Assembly: GCA_038496445.1 (NCBI GenBank)
Contig: JALMLS010000344.1
Coordinates: forward strand, 248,001 to 312,000
DNA length: 64,000 nt
Source: Trichosphaerium sp. ATCC 40318
Lineage: Eukaryota > Protista > Tubulinea
Direction of reading: 5' to 3'
Part shown: piece after piece, positions 14,913 through 27,927 of the stretch
Numbering within the stretch: position 1 is the stretch's first letter
Layout: every line of letters starts with the position of its first letter
The notes under the pieces: model-generated
Databases searched by the model: none
Told to the model about the DNA's origin: nothing
The model's input: only the letters and a program-made list of their open reading frames with translations
Translations under genes and position numbers: made by a program

Positions 14913-16994
14913 TTATGTATTTGTTGGCGAAGCACAAATTCCGTCATGATTTATATTATCAAACACCATAGCATAAGCGCGTTTGAATTCATACTGAACA
15001 ACGACCAAACTATGTTCATCTACATTCTTTGCCAAATTATGTGTCACCTTTTCGAAAAAAAAACATTTAGTTGCACTCACTACAAATAGGGAAACGTGTA
15101 AAATAGTGAACCAATTACGTACCTCAAAGGGATCTTCAACTGTTAAAACATAATGTAATTTCTCTTCACCTCTATCAACAGTCCAACCTTTCTCCATTTT
15201 ACTCAATAAACCACCTGTCCTTACAGATACAACACTTTGTGTATAATCAAATTCGTATCCATAATACTTAAAGAAACCAACCAATAATTTACCAAGAGAC
15301 TCAGTGTTTGTACCCAATAGACGCTTCATTGATTTTAAATCATTGTAATATGAGCAATCATATCCATTAATTCTTAATGGTGTCTGATCTTTCTTATTAA
15401 AAGCTTGTAGGCAAGGTAAAACTGGAGAGTTTCTTTGTTGTAAGTAATTAATAAGCATCATTATAAGGCAATAAGAAGACAATGTCCCTTCAAAAGTACT
15501 ATTAATGCTACGTGCTTTTGCCCAGTATTTTACAAAGTAAGCTAAAGATAATCAGTTACTGTAAAACACAAAGTCGAAGAAAACTCGTTTGGATTTCTAG
15601 AAAAAAGCTCGAACAACCAAATTAGGCTAATACACGTGTACTGCGTATACCGAAGATGGATTGTAACAAAAAAATGTACAATGAGCAACAGGTGAGTGTA
15701 AATTCTTGTTTTCGTTACGTACCAAGTTGCTGGGCACGTTCATCAAGTTGCATATAATCTCTTACTAGTTGTGTATTGTAAACTGCAAGCTCATTGTTTA
15801 AGCTCACGTCGCATTTTAAATTAGTGTCTCTATCTGTAAATTTAACTATAGGTATTCTTGCTCTATACAAATCCATCAAACTCATTACCGACTCCTCTAC
15901 ACCACGTTAGAATCACAACAGGAGAAAAAAAAAACAAAAATAGTACGTACCCTCCTGCATGCGTTCAGCAACATCATGTATTATTGTAGGGTATTCATCA
16001 GGTGTTGCACTGCGCATTATAACGGTAACATCTAGTAAAATGTCAAACTTGAAAAAAAAAGCAACCAAGCGTCTTCGTTGCCAAGAACACTGAGTTGTCA
16101 CCAAAAAAATGACTTGCCTAAATCTGAATTATGCATTCCTAAGTTTGACGCAGTTGACCCAAATTGCTTGACTTGTGGCTCCCTATTACCATACCATAAT
16201 GTCATCCATTCTTGAAGCTTCGAAAGTAATTGATAGCGACAAGCATCGTCATGCGCACTTGATTTTCTAGTATTGAAAACACGCTCAATCTGGCATGTCA
16301 AGTGAATTAATGTTACTGGATCAACGGCAATAGCAGTGCTAGGACGATCCCAACGCCTTGGGATCCATCCTCCAGCACGTACGCGGTCTTGAACAGTTTG
16401 TAGAGCACCTCTTCCTCTACCTTTTGTGGGTCGGTAGAAATCATTTACGAGTCCCCGATTAGGATCCCATTTCAACGGTAGCTTAGACTGACTTCGCTGA
16501 CGCGAATGCTTTGATTTAGCTGGAGGTGGTGTTGCTGCGTTGCATGACACTGATCGTTGGCGCCTATTTTGCTGCTCAGGCTTCTCTGGAGGTAGGTCGA
16601 ATTGTGGGAGTGGCTTTGGTGCCTTTGTACAGGTTTTGCTTAAAGTAGTAGCATTGTTTGTTGCGCTAGTGTTACTTATCGCTGTTTTCGCGCCAAGTTG
16701 CTTATTTACAGGGCTAGAAGATGATTTGGCTACATAATTGTTTTTAGGCTGCTGTAATTCGTTATTTGATGCCGGCAGTGCGTCAAACAGTGTGAAAACG
16801 CTGTCGCAATGCTCCAAAGCTTCGCGTGGTTGGAGTGAATGTAAATTACTTTTAACAGATCCACTAGAGCACGAGCGAGGCCACAGTACGAATTCATGGC
16901 GTTGCCGCCTGTCAATTGGATTGCATGGAGGTAAGATAGCTTGAGATCCCCAGAGTTTAAACGTAGCCTCTGGTCCATTAGATATATCTGACAT
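14913..16994 (-). CDS. Cid1/TUT-family non-canonical nucleotidyltransferase (likely terminal uridylyltransferase)
   Basis: FGSTASNLGMHNSDLD (GS..DxD), ARIPIVKF, CDVSLNN, YFVKYWAK, LSSYCLIMM, and the nucleotide-recognition motif VEDPFEVTHNLA with the UTP-selecting His. Confidence 0.9.
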
Positions 16995-17177
16995 GTAGTG
17001 TGAACTAGTTCTCTTAGAGGTAAAATGACCAAAACAGAAAAAACGTTCAGAATTCTTCGTTGGCGGTTTTTTTTTTACCACTAACTGCTGTGATAATAGC
17101 ACATCATTTTTAGGTTAATTTTATTTACATCTTTAGAATACAGACTAATTCTGGGCTGTTGGCTTCTTACTAAACTT

Positions 17178-20120
17178 TTACCTTCTGGTAAGGCCTTTGG
17201 TGGTGTCTGGCTCGTACTTGGTCTCTAAAACAAGGGGTTAATTTACAAAGAGGCACAAACGCATAAAATAGCTAACCTTGCGCGTCTGCGTCTTGCATGC
17301 TTCTTTTTGCGACCAATAGTGCATCTGTACAAACAAAAAAACAATACAGTAATAAATATAACATAACCAATAATCGTCATAGAAATAACCCACCATGCTA
17401 AATCCTATTGTACAGAAAAGAGAAAAGTTAGCAACTCTTCAGCAATTTTGACAAAAAAAGAAAAAAAAAGCCAAAAGAGGAAGAAACCTCCGTACCAAAA
17501 ATCCGATTTGTACTTGGAATGCATCGACAATATGTGCTGTACGACCTTTAAAGAATAAGTGGTACACTAAAAAAATCACATGACGTACCAGTTCCATCCC
17601 TTACAGCAACATAATCAAGTACTTTTGTGAAAGTTCTAGTGATCCTTGTAAATTTTTCTTTGCCTGGAATCTCAGCCTCCATATACGTTGAATTGAATAC
17701 TTGAACGCGAAGTAATCGCTGTTGACTAATCTCGGCTTCCATATAATCCAACTTAAAGTTTTTACCAGTAATAACAACCTTGGTACGTGGGCGACCGCTT
17801 CGAGGAGTAATTGAATATACTTCTGGCCACTGTTCATCGTTGTCAGCACCAGCGCATAGACGCACTGCGCCACCAAATGGACACTTAATTTGGCCGCCAC
17901 GTGTAACAGGCTAGATTAGCAGTTAGGGCATAGTTCCGAGATATAAGAAGTACCTCTAGTGTAGCACCGTCTGTACATTTGTACCAAATTCTATCAACTT
18001 GTACACGCAACACATCTTCGTTCTCACAAGTTGTGTTGTAACACCGTGCTTTCTCAAATTGTTGAAGATTAAAACCGAACACTTGAGGTGCTAGAGTACT
18101 TCTAAAGCATCTTTGAAGGAATAAGTACAAAAGAAGTGACTGTTAAGAGAAAAACCTGAGATGTACATACCTACTATACTCCTCATTAGATTCTCCAGCG
18201 TCAAGCTCAAACTTGAATTGTGCAGTATCATTGGGCCTACAGTATCTATTGCCGAATATTTGAATAAAGGTGCAGTGATCTTGTAGATTATTTCCAGGAG
18301 CAGGAGATCCACCAGTGTTTGGTGACGAAAAGTGCCTTTTTCACCATGTTATTTATACAGTTCTTTGTTAAGATTGTCACGTACTGATACTCTACAGGTA
18401 ACGCACTTGTAAAATCAACAATATTACAAACACCAGCACCAAGTAAATCGTGTGAACACTGAGCGTCATTATCTGTGTCACCCTATTGACAGTAAGCGAA
18501 GAGTAGGTAATCATTCGCATTACTTTTTTAAAACTACATCCAATTCCTTGTCCGAGATCATCATCATTCACATTTGGCCACTTGGAACAGTCATCAGTAG
18601 CAAAGCTACAACCCTAGTGATTGTTTTGAGAAATTTACAATGGAGCAGGTCCATAAATGTAGCAACAATCATACCATGCCTCTACCCCACGACAATGGTT
18701 CTGTGATCTCAAAGACAGGGTCATACCAACCTGTATCCTTGGGAAGGTTTTAGCAACACTTTAATTTACTTACTTTTCACATACCTTGAAGAAAGCAAGA
18801 GTCAAATTACTAAGCACAGGGAAACGGAAAGCTTGACCAGACATCATTTCTGTCAAGAACAATCTACGTTCCCAATGGGATCCACTAGTTCCTCCAGCAC
18901 CTTGATCTTCGATTTCAGCCTTTGTGTATCATCAATAATGATTATTTTGTATTATATATTACTTACACCATCCAAGGTATCGCAATCAAATTGAACACGG
19001 ACTTGCTTAACTATTTCTGTAGATGCTAATTTAAAGACTGTTTTAGTCCCTTTTCCAGAAGCAATAGTTTGATTTCTTAAAGGTCTAACTGAACTTGGGT
19101 AGCGCTCTGTAACGTCAAATATAAATAAACACATTACAACATCTGTTAAAATATACCTAATAAGCCACTAGTCTCATTATAGATTCTCCAAAATGCTACA
19201 CTGCCAAAGAAACTACCACTAAACCCTGAGAAACACTTAGTTGCTTTTTGTTTCTTTGAATTAAGTTACCACGAACCTAAAGAATGAAGAATCTCATGTG
19301 CTATGACACCTATCTGTCCAGCACGTTGTCCTAACGCTAGATCGAGAGGTGGTGCTCCTATGTTAATATAGCCAGAAATAGGTCTTCCTTGAGTTTGATC
19401 AACCTTGAAACGTTATGTCAGACGTCAAGAAGTATTATGATCACCAAACTGCACTGCGTACGGTACAAAAGGAAGCAAATGCCAAAACATTACCACCACC
19501 GATTGGGCGTGCAGTTACAAATATCACAAAGTCATAGTCCGTCGTGTTAGGTGGCTACAGAGTTTGTCAGGTGAGTTTCGGTATTTGGTAGTTTACATTA
19601 GTGTACTCAGCAGGAATGTTGGGGACGCCAACACAACTATCTCCGATAACTAAGCGCGTAACTGGGTGCACCTGTGAGCAGATTAGAACAATTTGTTGGA
19701 TCAGTTAAACTTTGCATTGTGCTTACCTTGAAGGAGCTTTGTAAGAGGTTCACCGCTTCGGGTACTAGGGTATTTTCGAGATAAAGGCGCTTGTCTTCGG
19801 TAAGTAAGATGTCAACTAACGCAATGTTATCTAAAGTATATTCTACGCGTGTTCATGCCTTGTGGGTCTTCAGAGGCCAATAAAAAGCGTGTATCAACTT
19901 TGATGCGAAGTTGTTGGCTGTAATAGGCGCTACGAGGAGCGCCCTGTTGGATTGCACGCTTGGAGTGAATTTCGGCTTCCTGTTGGATAATTTGCATTGG
20001 TTTCTCCAAAGTATCGTGTATACATGTATGAATACTATGTGGGTCATGCGCTGTAGCGATTGGTATGCTTATAAACGTAATCAAAGCTAACACGAGTGTC
20101 AACTGCAGTTGATAGCCCAT
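17178..20120 (-). CDS. Leishmanolysin/GP63-like M8 metalloprotease with IPT/TIG domain and C-terminal TM
   Basis: Signal peptide, pro-region HTCIHD, AHEILHSLG (HExxH), EIEDQGAGGTSGSHWERRLFLTEMMSG, DTGWY, IPT motif PEVYSITPRSGRPRTKVVITGKNF, TM WWVISMTIIGYVIFITVLFFV. Confidence 0.92.
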
Positions 20121-20398
20121 GGAGCTGTAAGATGATGTTATTTCGCCAAAGGAGGTACAAATGAGGCGCTTAAAGTGAGATTGGAATTGTCCGGCTTTTT
20201 CTTGCGCTCAAAATAGGTTCTTTTCAAAACCTCGTGTTGTTGTCGCTATACAAGAACTTTGCGCATTGTACGAAAATAATTCAAGTATTGAAACCTGCGT
20301 TCAACCTTTAACCATTTCTATTTGTGGTTTTCTGATAAATCCGCACGACCCTAATAACAACACCTTTGTGCTTAATACCCCAGAGTTGCAATTATTGC

Positions 20399-20469
20399 GC
20401 CGAAACAGTAAATGTTTTATTATTTTAAATACAGTGAACGTATTTGCTTGTCATGCTTACTGTTTCGGC
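20399..20469. repeat. Intergenic inverted repeat (13-bp perfect stem, 45-nt spacer)
   Basis: GCCGAAACAGTAA (20399-20411) pairs with TTACTGTTTCGGC (20457-20469). Confidence 0.85.
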
Positions 20470-20625
20470 AGCTCATCAAGTATAAACATAAACCTTGACA
20501 CTCGTAGCTTGTAGTATAAAAAAAACCAAATGAAAAAAAGTAGAGCAAACGTAAAGCATGTGTTTCTAAAAGTAACTATTTCTTGTCTAAATAACTTTGG
20601 TAAACCATTCTATATTACAGTTTGT

Positions 20626-23600
20626 TTACAGTGATTGCGTCATAGATGCATCACCTGAAAGGACGAGTAACGCAACAAGCATTGTAGAAAACATAAGTAA
20701 AGCAACTAAAGATGCGCCAAGGCAATAAAATCGTTCCTAAGAGAAGAAACTTAATTTCATTCCGTACACGAAAAAAACAAGAAAAAAAAAGACTATTACC
20801 TCACTGTCCCAAGAAACTCGAACGTCATCTCTTGTTTTATGCTTTAAAGCATCAAGAACCAATTGTAGTTCTTCCTAAACATAAAGAGGTTAGAGATATC
20901 ATCTAAGCATAGTAGGTTATAATAAAAGCAAGACAAACCTTTTGTGTGAGTAACTCTTGGCGTTTTGCTTTAATCTCCTCAAGACTTCTTTCGAGGTGAT
21001 TTGCTTCTCTCTGTTGTTTTTCAATATTCGTTCGTGCTTCAACGGACAGTACTAGAATAAGAACGTTAATACCCTCATTTAAAAACAATCTACTAAAAGC
21101 AAACATACGTATAACTTGAGTTAGACTAGCATAGTTCTCTGCTGTAGGTTGTGCATTGGCTATTGCCTCTACCTTGAACAGATTCTTTTCAAGGTCAGCA
21201 TTAGCTTCAGAAAGCTCTCCAGCAAAATCTGACACGCGTTGACCCAAGTTCTTAACGTGTTGACTACCATCACAGTTAGCATTTTAAAAGAAATCAATTC
21301 CAATATCGTACCCTTTATCAACAATCACAGGTTCTTCTGGTTTTGCTTCTAATGATTTAACAGGACTTAGTTCTGGATGTTGTTGGACAAAGTCTGATAG
21401 TATCGTGTCCAAGGAGAAAACGCTATCTTCAAGTGCTTCTATTTCTGCTTCATCTATCCAGTCGTCTGTTTCTGCTGTTGTTGTTGCTTTTGGTGTTGCT
21501 TTCGGTGGTGTTTTTGCTGTTGCTGTTGGTTCCGTTGGCATAGCCATTGGTTCTTCGTCCTTCTTTAAAGAGGCATAAGTACTCTATTAAGAAAAGTAAA
21601 AACCAAACAAATCCATTCTTTTTTTTTTTGAATCAATGTGCTTACTTGTATAACATCATTGGTAGTCTCTGAACTCATACGCTCTAACTCTTCTATCTCT
21701 CGCATGAGGTCGTCATCACTATCGTCTTTTCGCTTCACTAGCATTTGCTTACCTACAAGACAATGATGAGTAACTTTCTTTTTTTTTTACAGCGTAAAAT
21801 GAATTTAACAAAGTGATGTTGTTCCGCCAAGTCAAAAAAAAAAAACAAAAAAAAAAGCGGAAGAGGTAAAACAAAGCAATGCAAAAATCACAAGTGCTCC
21901 TAGCTACGAAGTACTGTGAAATGGTTCGCGCACGAGGAGAGATTTCATCGTCGGATTCTTCAGCAACGTGGAATTGTGTAAAATCAGGCTCAAACTCGTC
22001 GCCAGAATCATCAGAATCCTCTGCCACAAGGTGCGCAAAATCATCATCGCTCTCCTAAAAAAGAATCCATTAATTTAAGTGACTCACACATTATTTCCCA
22101 CAACTCCGTACGTCTATTCTATTGAGGGAGTGAGTAAGCTGACTAGCTTCATCATTACTGAGTCCAAAATGAAGACCGTTATCGTGAATAATAAGATCGT
22201 CTTCATCGTCTAGGTCATCGTAATCATCATTGTAAACTCCAGAAGAGTCATCGTCATTACTACCAGTCTCGTCACGGAATCTAATTAGCTTGGCGTGACA
22301 ACCATAATTCCGTGTCGCCATAGCAATGTCGAATGGGGATCGCCCTTTCTTATCGAGCATTTCACATTCTGCACCGTTGGCGAGGAGTATAGCTACGCTA
22401 GCAACTTTATTCTAGAACAAAGAAGGTCAACAATAAATATAAAATAAAACAACGAACCAGTCTTGCTGCCCAATGTAAAGGCGTATTTCCTTTGTCATCA
22501 ACAACATTAGCATCGCTACCACAATCAATCAAAACCTAAAAAAAAAGAGTAAGAATGTTATCACGTGTTAAGGACCAAAAATTTTACCTCAGCAACAACA
22601 GCGTTACCACCAATAACAGCCAAGTGAAGGGCAGTTAAACTTTGATTATCTCTAGCCTCTGTATCAGCACCAAGCTGTATATAGAGCTTCACAAGTGCCT
22701 CTAAACCTCTAAAAATAATTGTGAATACTTGAGGGAAAGGAAAGCTAGATTAACATACCTGTACGCTGCTGCAAGCAGTGGTGTTCTTCCCAAATTATCC
22801 CTCACTTCCATAAATTTTGAAACATTCCTATCGAGAAGGTGTATCACAGCGCCTTTTCTGTTATGATATGTTGCAACATGAATTGGATGTCTTCCTTTAT
22901 AACTATTTGTAAAATCCATTTGATCTTTGTGCATGTGGCTCAATGCTATAACATTTCCTGTCCATGCAGCATAATAAACAGGAGACCGACCAACATTATC
23001 CAATAGATCTGTATTAAGTTTGTATCTATCAACTAATAGATTCCATAACTAGCAGCTCTTGTAAGACAATGTACAAAATTGACCAAAAGACAAAAACAAA
23101 AAAAAGTAGAAACGAATTTGTAAGTTTTTATCGTACTTGTGTTTGTTCATGACGCTTTTCGTCTGATGGAAAAGCAATCTTGTATGTGTCTTTTAAAATA
23201 GTCTTTAAATTTTTGCAAACAAATGCCGGCTACATAAAGAGTCAGTCCCAAAATATTGTACTTTTTAATATAGTTTTTTTTGTACCAATCCACGACGTTG
23301 ATCTTGTGTATCTACAGCGGCTTCACTAGCAAAAGGATCCTTAAAATATTCTGACACAAAATAGTATAAATACTCAGAAACATTTTCAACATCAACTTCG
23401 CTTTCAACATCATCGTGTATGTGCTTGTCACCCAAAAGCTATTAGGTGAATTAGTAATGTTACCTTCTTTTGTTTTCAATATCAGTCTACATACTTTGCC
23501 TATACATCGCATAGACCTTGTCCTTTCACCAAAAGATGGAGGTCCAAAAACTGGTGTGCCTCGCGGAAGTCCCATAGAGATTGAGAAGGTACCCCAATGA

Positions 23601-26600
23601 AGCAAACCACGTCCCTCGTTATCTATAGCTTCAGCTGGTTCTGCACCTGCGCTTATTATGGACTTATAAAGCTATTAGTCAAGCAGTTTGCTAAAGCTGA
23701 ATGTACCTTTACGGCCTTCACATTTCCAGAACCAACCGCCAGATGTAGTGGTGTAATACCATTTTTGTCTGCCACTTCAGGGTCAGCTCCGCTACCGAGC
23801 AAGTATGATACAGCAAGGCTAGATCCTGCTTCAGCGGCTCTAGTGCACATTGAGCAAATTATTTGGGTTTAGCAAAAATAGCACGTACAAGTGAAGAGCA
23901 GTTCTGCCATCTTTGTCCTCATCATCAAGCACTTCTTGAGTAGCGTCTTCATCAAGTAAGTTTGCCAATGGTGCTAACTTCCTGGTATGTAAATGCTGAG
24001 AAGCAGCATGCACAGGCAAGCGGCCATGATTATTAGCAATGCGAGGGTCGGCGCCTAAACTTTGTTACACGTGGCATTAGAAAAGAAGAAAACATACCCT
24101 TTTGTAACAAAAATCGTGTAGCATCTAATGCGTGTACTACACTCAAATACAAAGCTGTGCGTCCTTTTACATCCTAAAGTCGTTTGATTAGCTATGAACT
24201 GCAATAATAAGGTAATGGCGTACTTGTAGATTCACATGGGTTGTAGCATTGGTACCAAGCACAAATTGAATCAATTCAATACTGTTTGACCGGCCTGAAC
24301 ACACGTGGTGAAGTATAGACCGTTTATAATTATCTACCACAGTAGTATCTGCCCCAGCGCCAACTAACGCCTTAACGCAGTCCACATGACCATAATAACA
24401 TGCCAAATGTAGCGCTGTACAGCCTCTGCTATCTCGCACATTGATATCTTTAACATTTTTTATAATAATGCGCAAAAAATCGAGCCTGTTATCTACAGTG
24501 GCTGTGTGGATAGGACAGCGCCCTTTGTTATCGCCTACGGTTAATGCAGGGGCTATTGTGGTGTGAGACAGGTATTAAATAAAATAAGGAGCGTACCTCC
24601 TTTGGCGAGAAGCTTTTTAAATACCGGCGCGTTGTTGGCACGTGAAATGACTTGAATCGGTGTTTCACCAAACACATCCCTAGTGAACTTTAGCCAATAG
24701 TCTACATATTATAACGTGAGCGTACCTTCGTGTAACATCAGCACCAAGGTTTATGAGTTGTTCTACAAATTCCGCTGATGATACAAGATGCAATGGTGCG
24801 CGACCTATTAAAAGTTTAGCAGATACTTTAAAGTTTCTAGAGTACCTTTATCGTCTTGCTTGTTTATTCTAGAACCCGCTTCCACAAGTACCTTTACAAC
24901 TTCGCTTCTGGCGTTATTCCAAGGCTTTAGAGGGCGTTAAATAATGACAAAGTAAAAAGTGAACGTACCAGGCCCACGACAACATGTAGTGCTGTTCTAC
25001 CTTTTACGTCTGGTTGATCTACAATACCACCGACAGAAATAAGGTACTTTAACAATTTCACATGTTTGTTCTGTTTACACCCGTAAATAAGCGCGTGTAA
25101 TGCCGTTTGGCCTTCAGTATCCTAAGAAAAAAAAATTAATAAACGAACAACAATGAGATGAACAATGTACGAAAATTTCTTTATCAAAAAAAGCACGTAC
25201 ACGGACGCCAATGTCAAATTTTCGCTTATTGTACTTTGTAGTAAGGAGATATCGAGCACATCTGTAATTACCACCCCAACAAGCCCAATGAAGGGCTGTT
25301 TTACCATCATTTGATCGCGCACTAGGCGAACCCTGCGAATTCACAATTTAATAAACAACAGCGGAAGTATCTTAAAACACACCTTAGCAACAAGAAGTGC
25401 CTTTAAAATTTGTAGATTGCCTCGCAATGCAGCAACTACAACCGGCGTTCTTCCAAAAGCATCCATGGCATTAGGATCGGCGCCTAAAGACTACACTTAG
25501 ACTTTTTGAAATGGGAGCGGAGGATAGCAAACTAACTTACCATGCTTTAGAAGTAGTTGTACACTCATTAAAGAACATATAGCTGCAGCGAAATGTAGAG
25601 GTCTGTTCCCTATAACACAAAGTTACGCCTTTTTTTGAAAATTGTGATCTTTTTTGCACTTACCACTCCTATCCTCAAAATTTGGCCCATGGGCCGTTAA
25701 TAACTGAATAACCTTATCATGGCCATTGATACATGCTAAGTGAAGCGGTGTGTATCCTTTCTAAGCATGTTTTTTAGTACGTCAAGCCATGACACGTCAT
25801 GTAAAAGAAAAATCCCTGTACGTCATTTGGTATATTTATAATGTGCTGTGGCAATACATCCATTAAATTTTGGGCTACTGCTGTGTGCCCACGCTAAATA
25901 CATGTAAATAAACGCTAGCTCGTGAGGTTTTAACATTCTCAGCGACTTACCATAGCGGCAATATGAAGGGGAGTATTTTGAAACTCGTCACCATCATCTA
26001 AAGGTGCACCAGCTTGAATAAGCACCTACAGGAAGGAAAGAAGATTTAGGTGTCACCTGAGAAACGAGAAAAAAAATACAAATACAAACAGAGAGCCTCT
26101 CAGATTGTATTAATTACCTGTATTATTTCAGCAGAAGCGCCTTTTTCACACGCAATGTGTAATGCTGTGCGATGGCGATGATCTTTTCTGGACACGTCCA
26201 CTCCTTCGTCAGTGAGTAATTCAACAATTGCGACACTATCAAGAGACAAGTGTAATGGGGTGTTCCCTTGGTTATCACATTCGTTTAAAATGTCAGTATC
26301 GTCAACCTCCTCTAAGGCATCTTTTAAATGGGTTAGATGAAAAAAGGACGTTTTATATTACAAAAAACGAATTACCGAATATATGTGACAATGATTGCTC
26401 CGAACCGCTGCAAACAGCGGCATGGATGCAAGTTCGCCCAGTAGCGGTTTCTGTGAGTTCTAGATCAACTTCTACAACGTCAGCCCGCACAATCTCTTCG
26501 CTAATCGTTTCTTCATCACTTTCTTCTTCTTGCAACCCTGTACGCAAGAGTGTAAGTGCTATTAATTGCGACAGGCCAAATTCATTTACCTAAAATAACA

Positions 26601-27012
26601 CCAACTGCGTCTGGCATATCATTTGCTGATGCAACGAATACAGGACTTCTCCCTGTGTATTGTGTTATAAACAGACGTAATAATTGAAGGTACTTACCAT
26701 TACTATCGGTTATATTTGGATCTGCTTTGGCCTCAACAAGCAGTTTTACGACCTGCGCATGCCCCATACAGGCGGCAGCCCATAGGGCAGTCACGTGGGA
26801 GCCAGGGAGAGCGTAATTTAGATCTAGAAAATAATTCAATTGATTTACAGAGAAATTTTGAACAAACCGCAGGAATTGTCTAGGAGTAGTTTCTGCACGC
26901 GCTCTGCGTCACCTGTGCTGGCTGCCTTTATTAATTGTTCGTCTGCGCTACCCGTAAAGGATATGTACTCCTCAAAGAGCACGCGGCCGCTTGATTGGAG
27001 CTCTTCTGCCAT
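20626..27012 (-). CDS. Large ankyrin-repeat protein (>20 repeats) with acidic region and C-terminal coiled coil
   Basis: Many GxTPLHxA-type repeats (GCTALHLAC, GITPLHLAV, GKTALHWAC, GNTPLHWAA), Asp-rich segments and a heptad region ending GDASMTQSL*. Confidence 0.88.
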
Positions 27013-27441
27013 AATAATTTAAATACAGGCACCTTTAGTTTTACTGCTCAAATATTTGCCAGAGGTATTGTACAGTTAGTCTAGTGCGCGAAAATAACAC
27101 ATTCTCGCAGTGGGATAATTGCTTGGTTTTTTCGCTGACTTAAGTGCATAAAAACGCGCCAATGCTTTTTTCACGACCAACAAACGTGCTGACACTAGCG
27201 GAGTTGATCCTTTAAGTTGTAAAACAAAGGCAGAAATGCAGGTAGTGAAAAGTGAGGAATCTTTATTGCCAATTGGATGTATTCTCTTCCTTTTATTCAA
27301 CACTGTTACATCGCGGGCGTAGATATCCGATTATTGAGCGCTTGTTACAAATACAGGAGTGTCACTTTGCTTATTTTTTTTTGTAGCTGGTGTCAGCACA
27401 AACTTATTGCTTGGGCGTCATCGCGTGCTACATGCCATCTT

Positions 27442-27847
27442 CTAGGATCCGTCAACTTGCAAAAAGTAAATTGTCATGTCGGTGTTTAGTGAGTGCGTAC
27501 CATCCATGGAGCATAGCAAAAACAAAAGTAATGACGCGGTCCATGGCGCTAAGAGGTCAGCAGGGCTATGTTTTGTTAATGTTTCAATAATTTCATAGTT
27601 GACGATACCTGTATGAGGGTGTTGTACCAATGGAGTATAAGCTTTGTACGGACTCGAAAGACGCCCACTGGTGTTTTGTCGAGAAACCTTCTGCTTTCAT
27701 TGTATTTTGCTTCTGTTGTACCAGTGGCGCTTGTTTACGTACACTAATTGAGTTCATATTTCCTTTAAGGGTTTTCATTGTGTTTACGGCTGTCTTGGAT
27801 TTGTTCATTACCACCTTAGCGGACGAGAGAAGCCTCCTACCCCACAT
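27442..27847 (-). CDS. Small, probably mitochondrion-targeted protein of unknown function
   Basis: MWGRRLLSSAKVVMNKSK presequence-like start; two plausible introns give a C-terminus such as ...WTASLLLFLLCSMDVDGS*. The splice pattern is ambiguous. Confidence 0.5.
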
Positions 27848-27927
27848 GTTTGTAGCCTGATCGCTTAAAAAACCCTGCGTTTCGACTTAAACAAACGCAT
27901 TAGACAAGTCAAGTGGCCTTTGAGAAC

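Noticed and set aside
20452-20480. TTCGGCAGC resembling the U6 snRNA 5' stem-loop
   Set aside because: No ACAGAGA box or other U6 sequence follows.
20395-20490. Hammerhead-ribozyme-like TTGATGAG...CGAAAC on the minus strand
   Set aside because: The core is TTGATGA rather than CTGATGA, no stem I pairing is possible, and the GAAAC is sequestered in the perfect inverted repeat.
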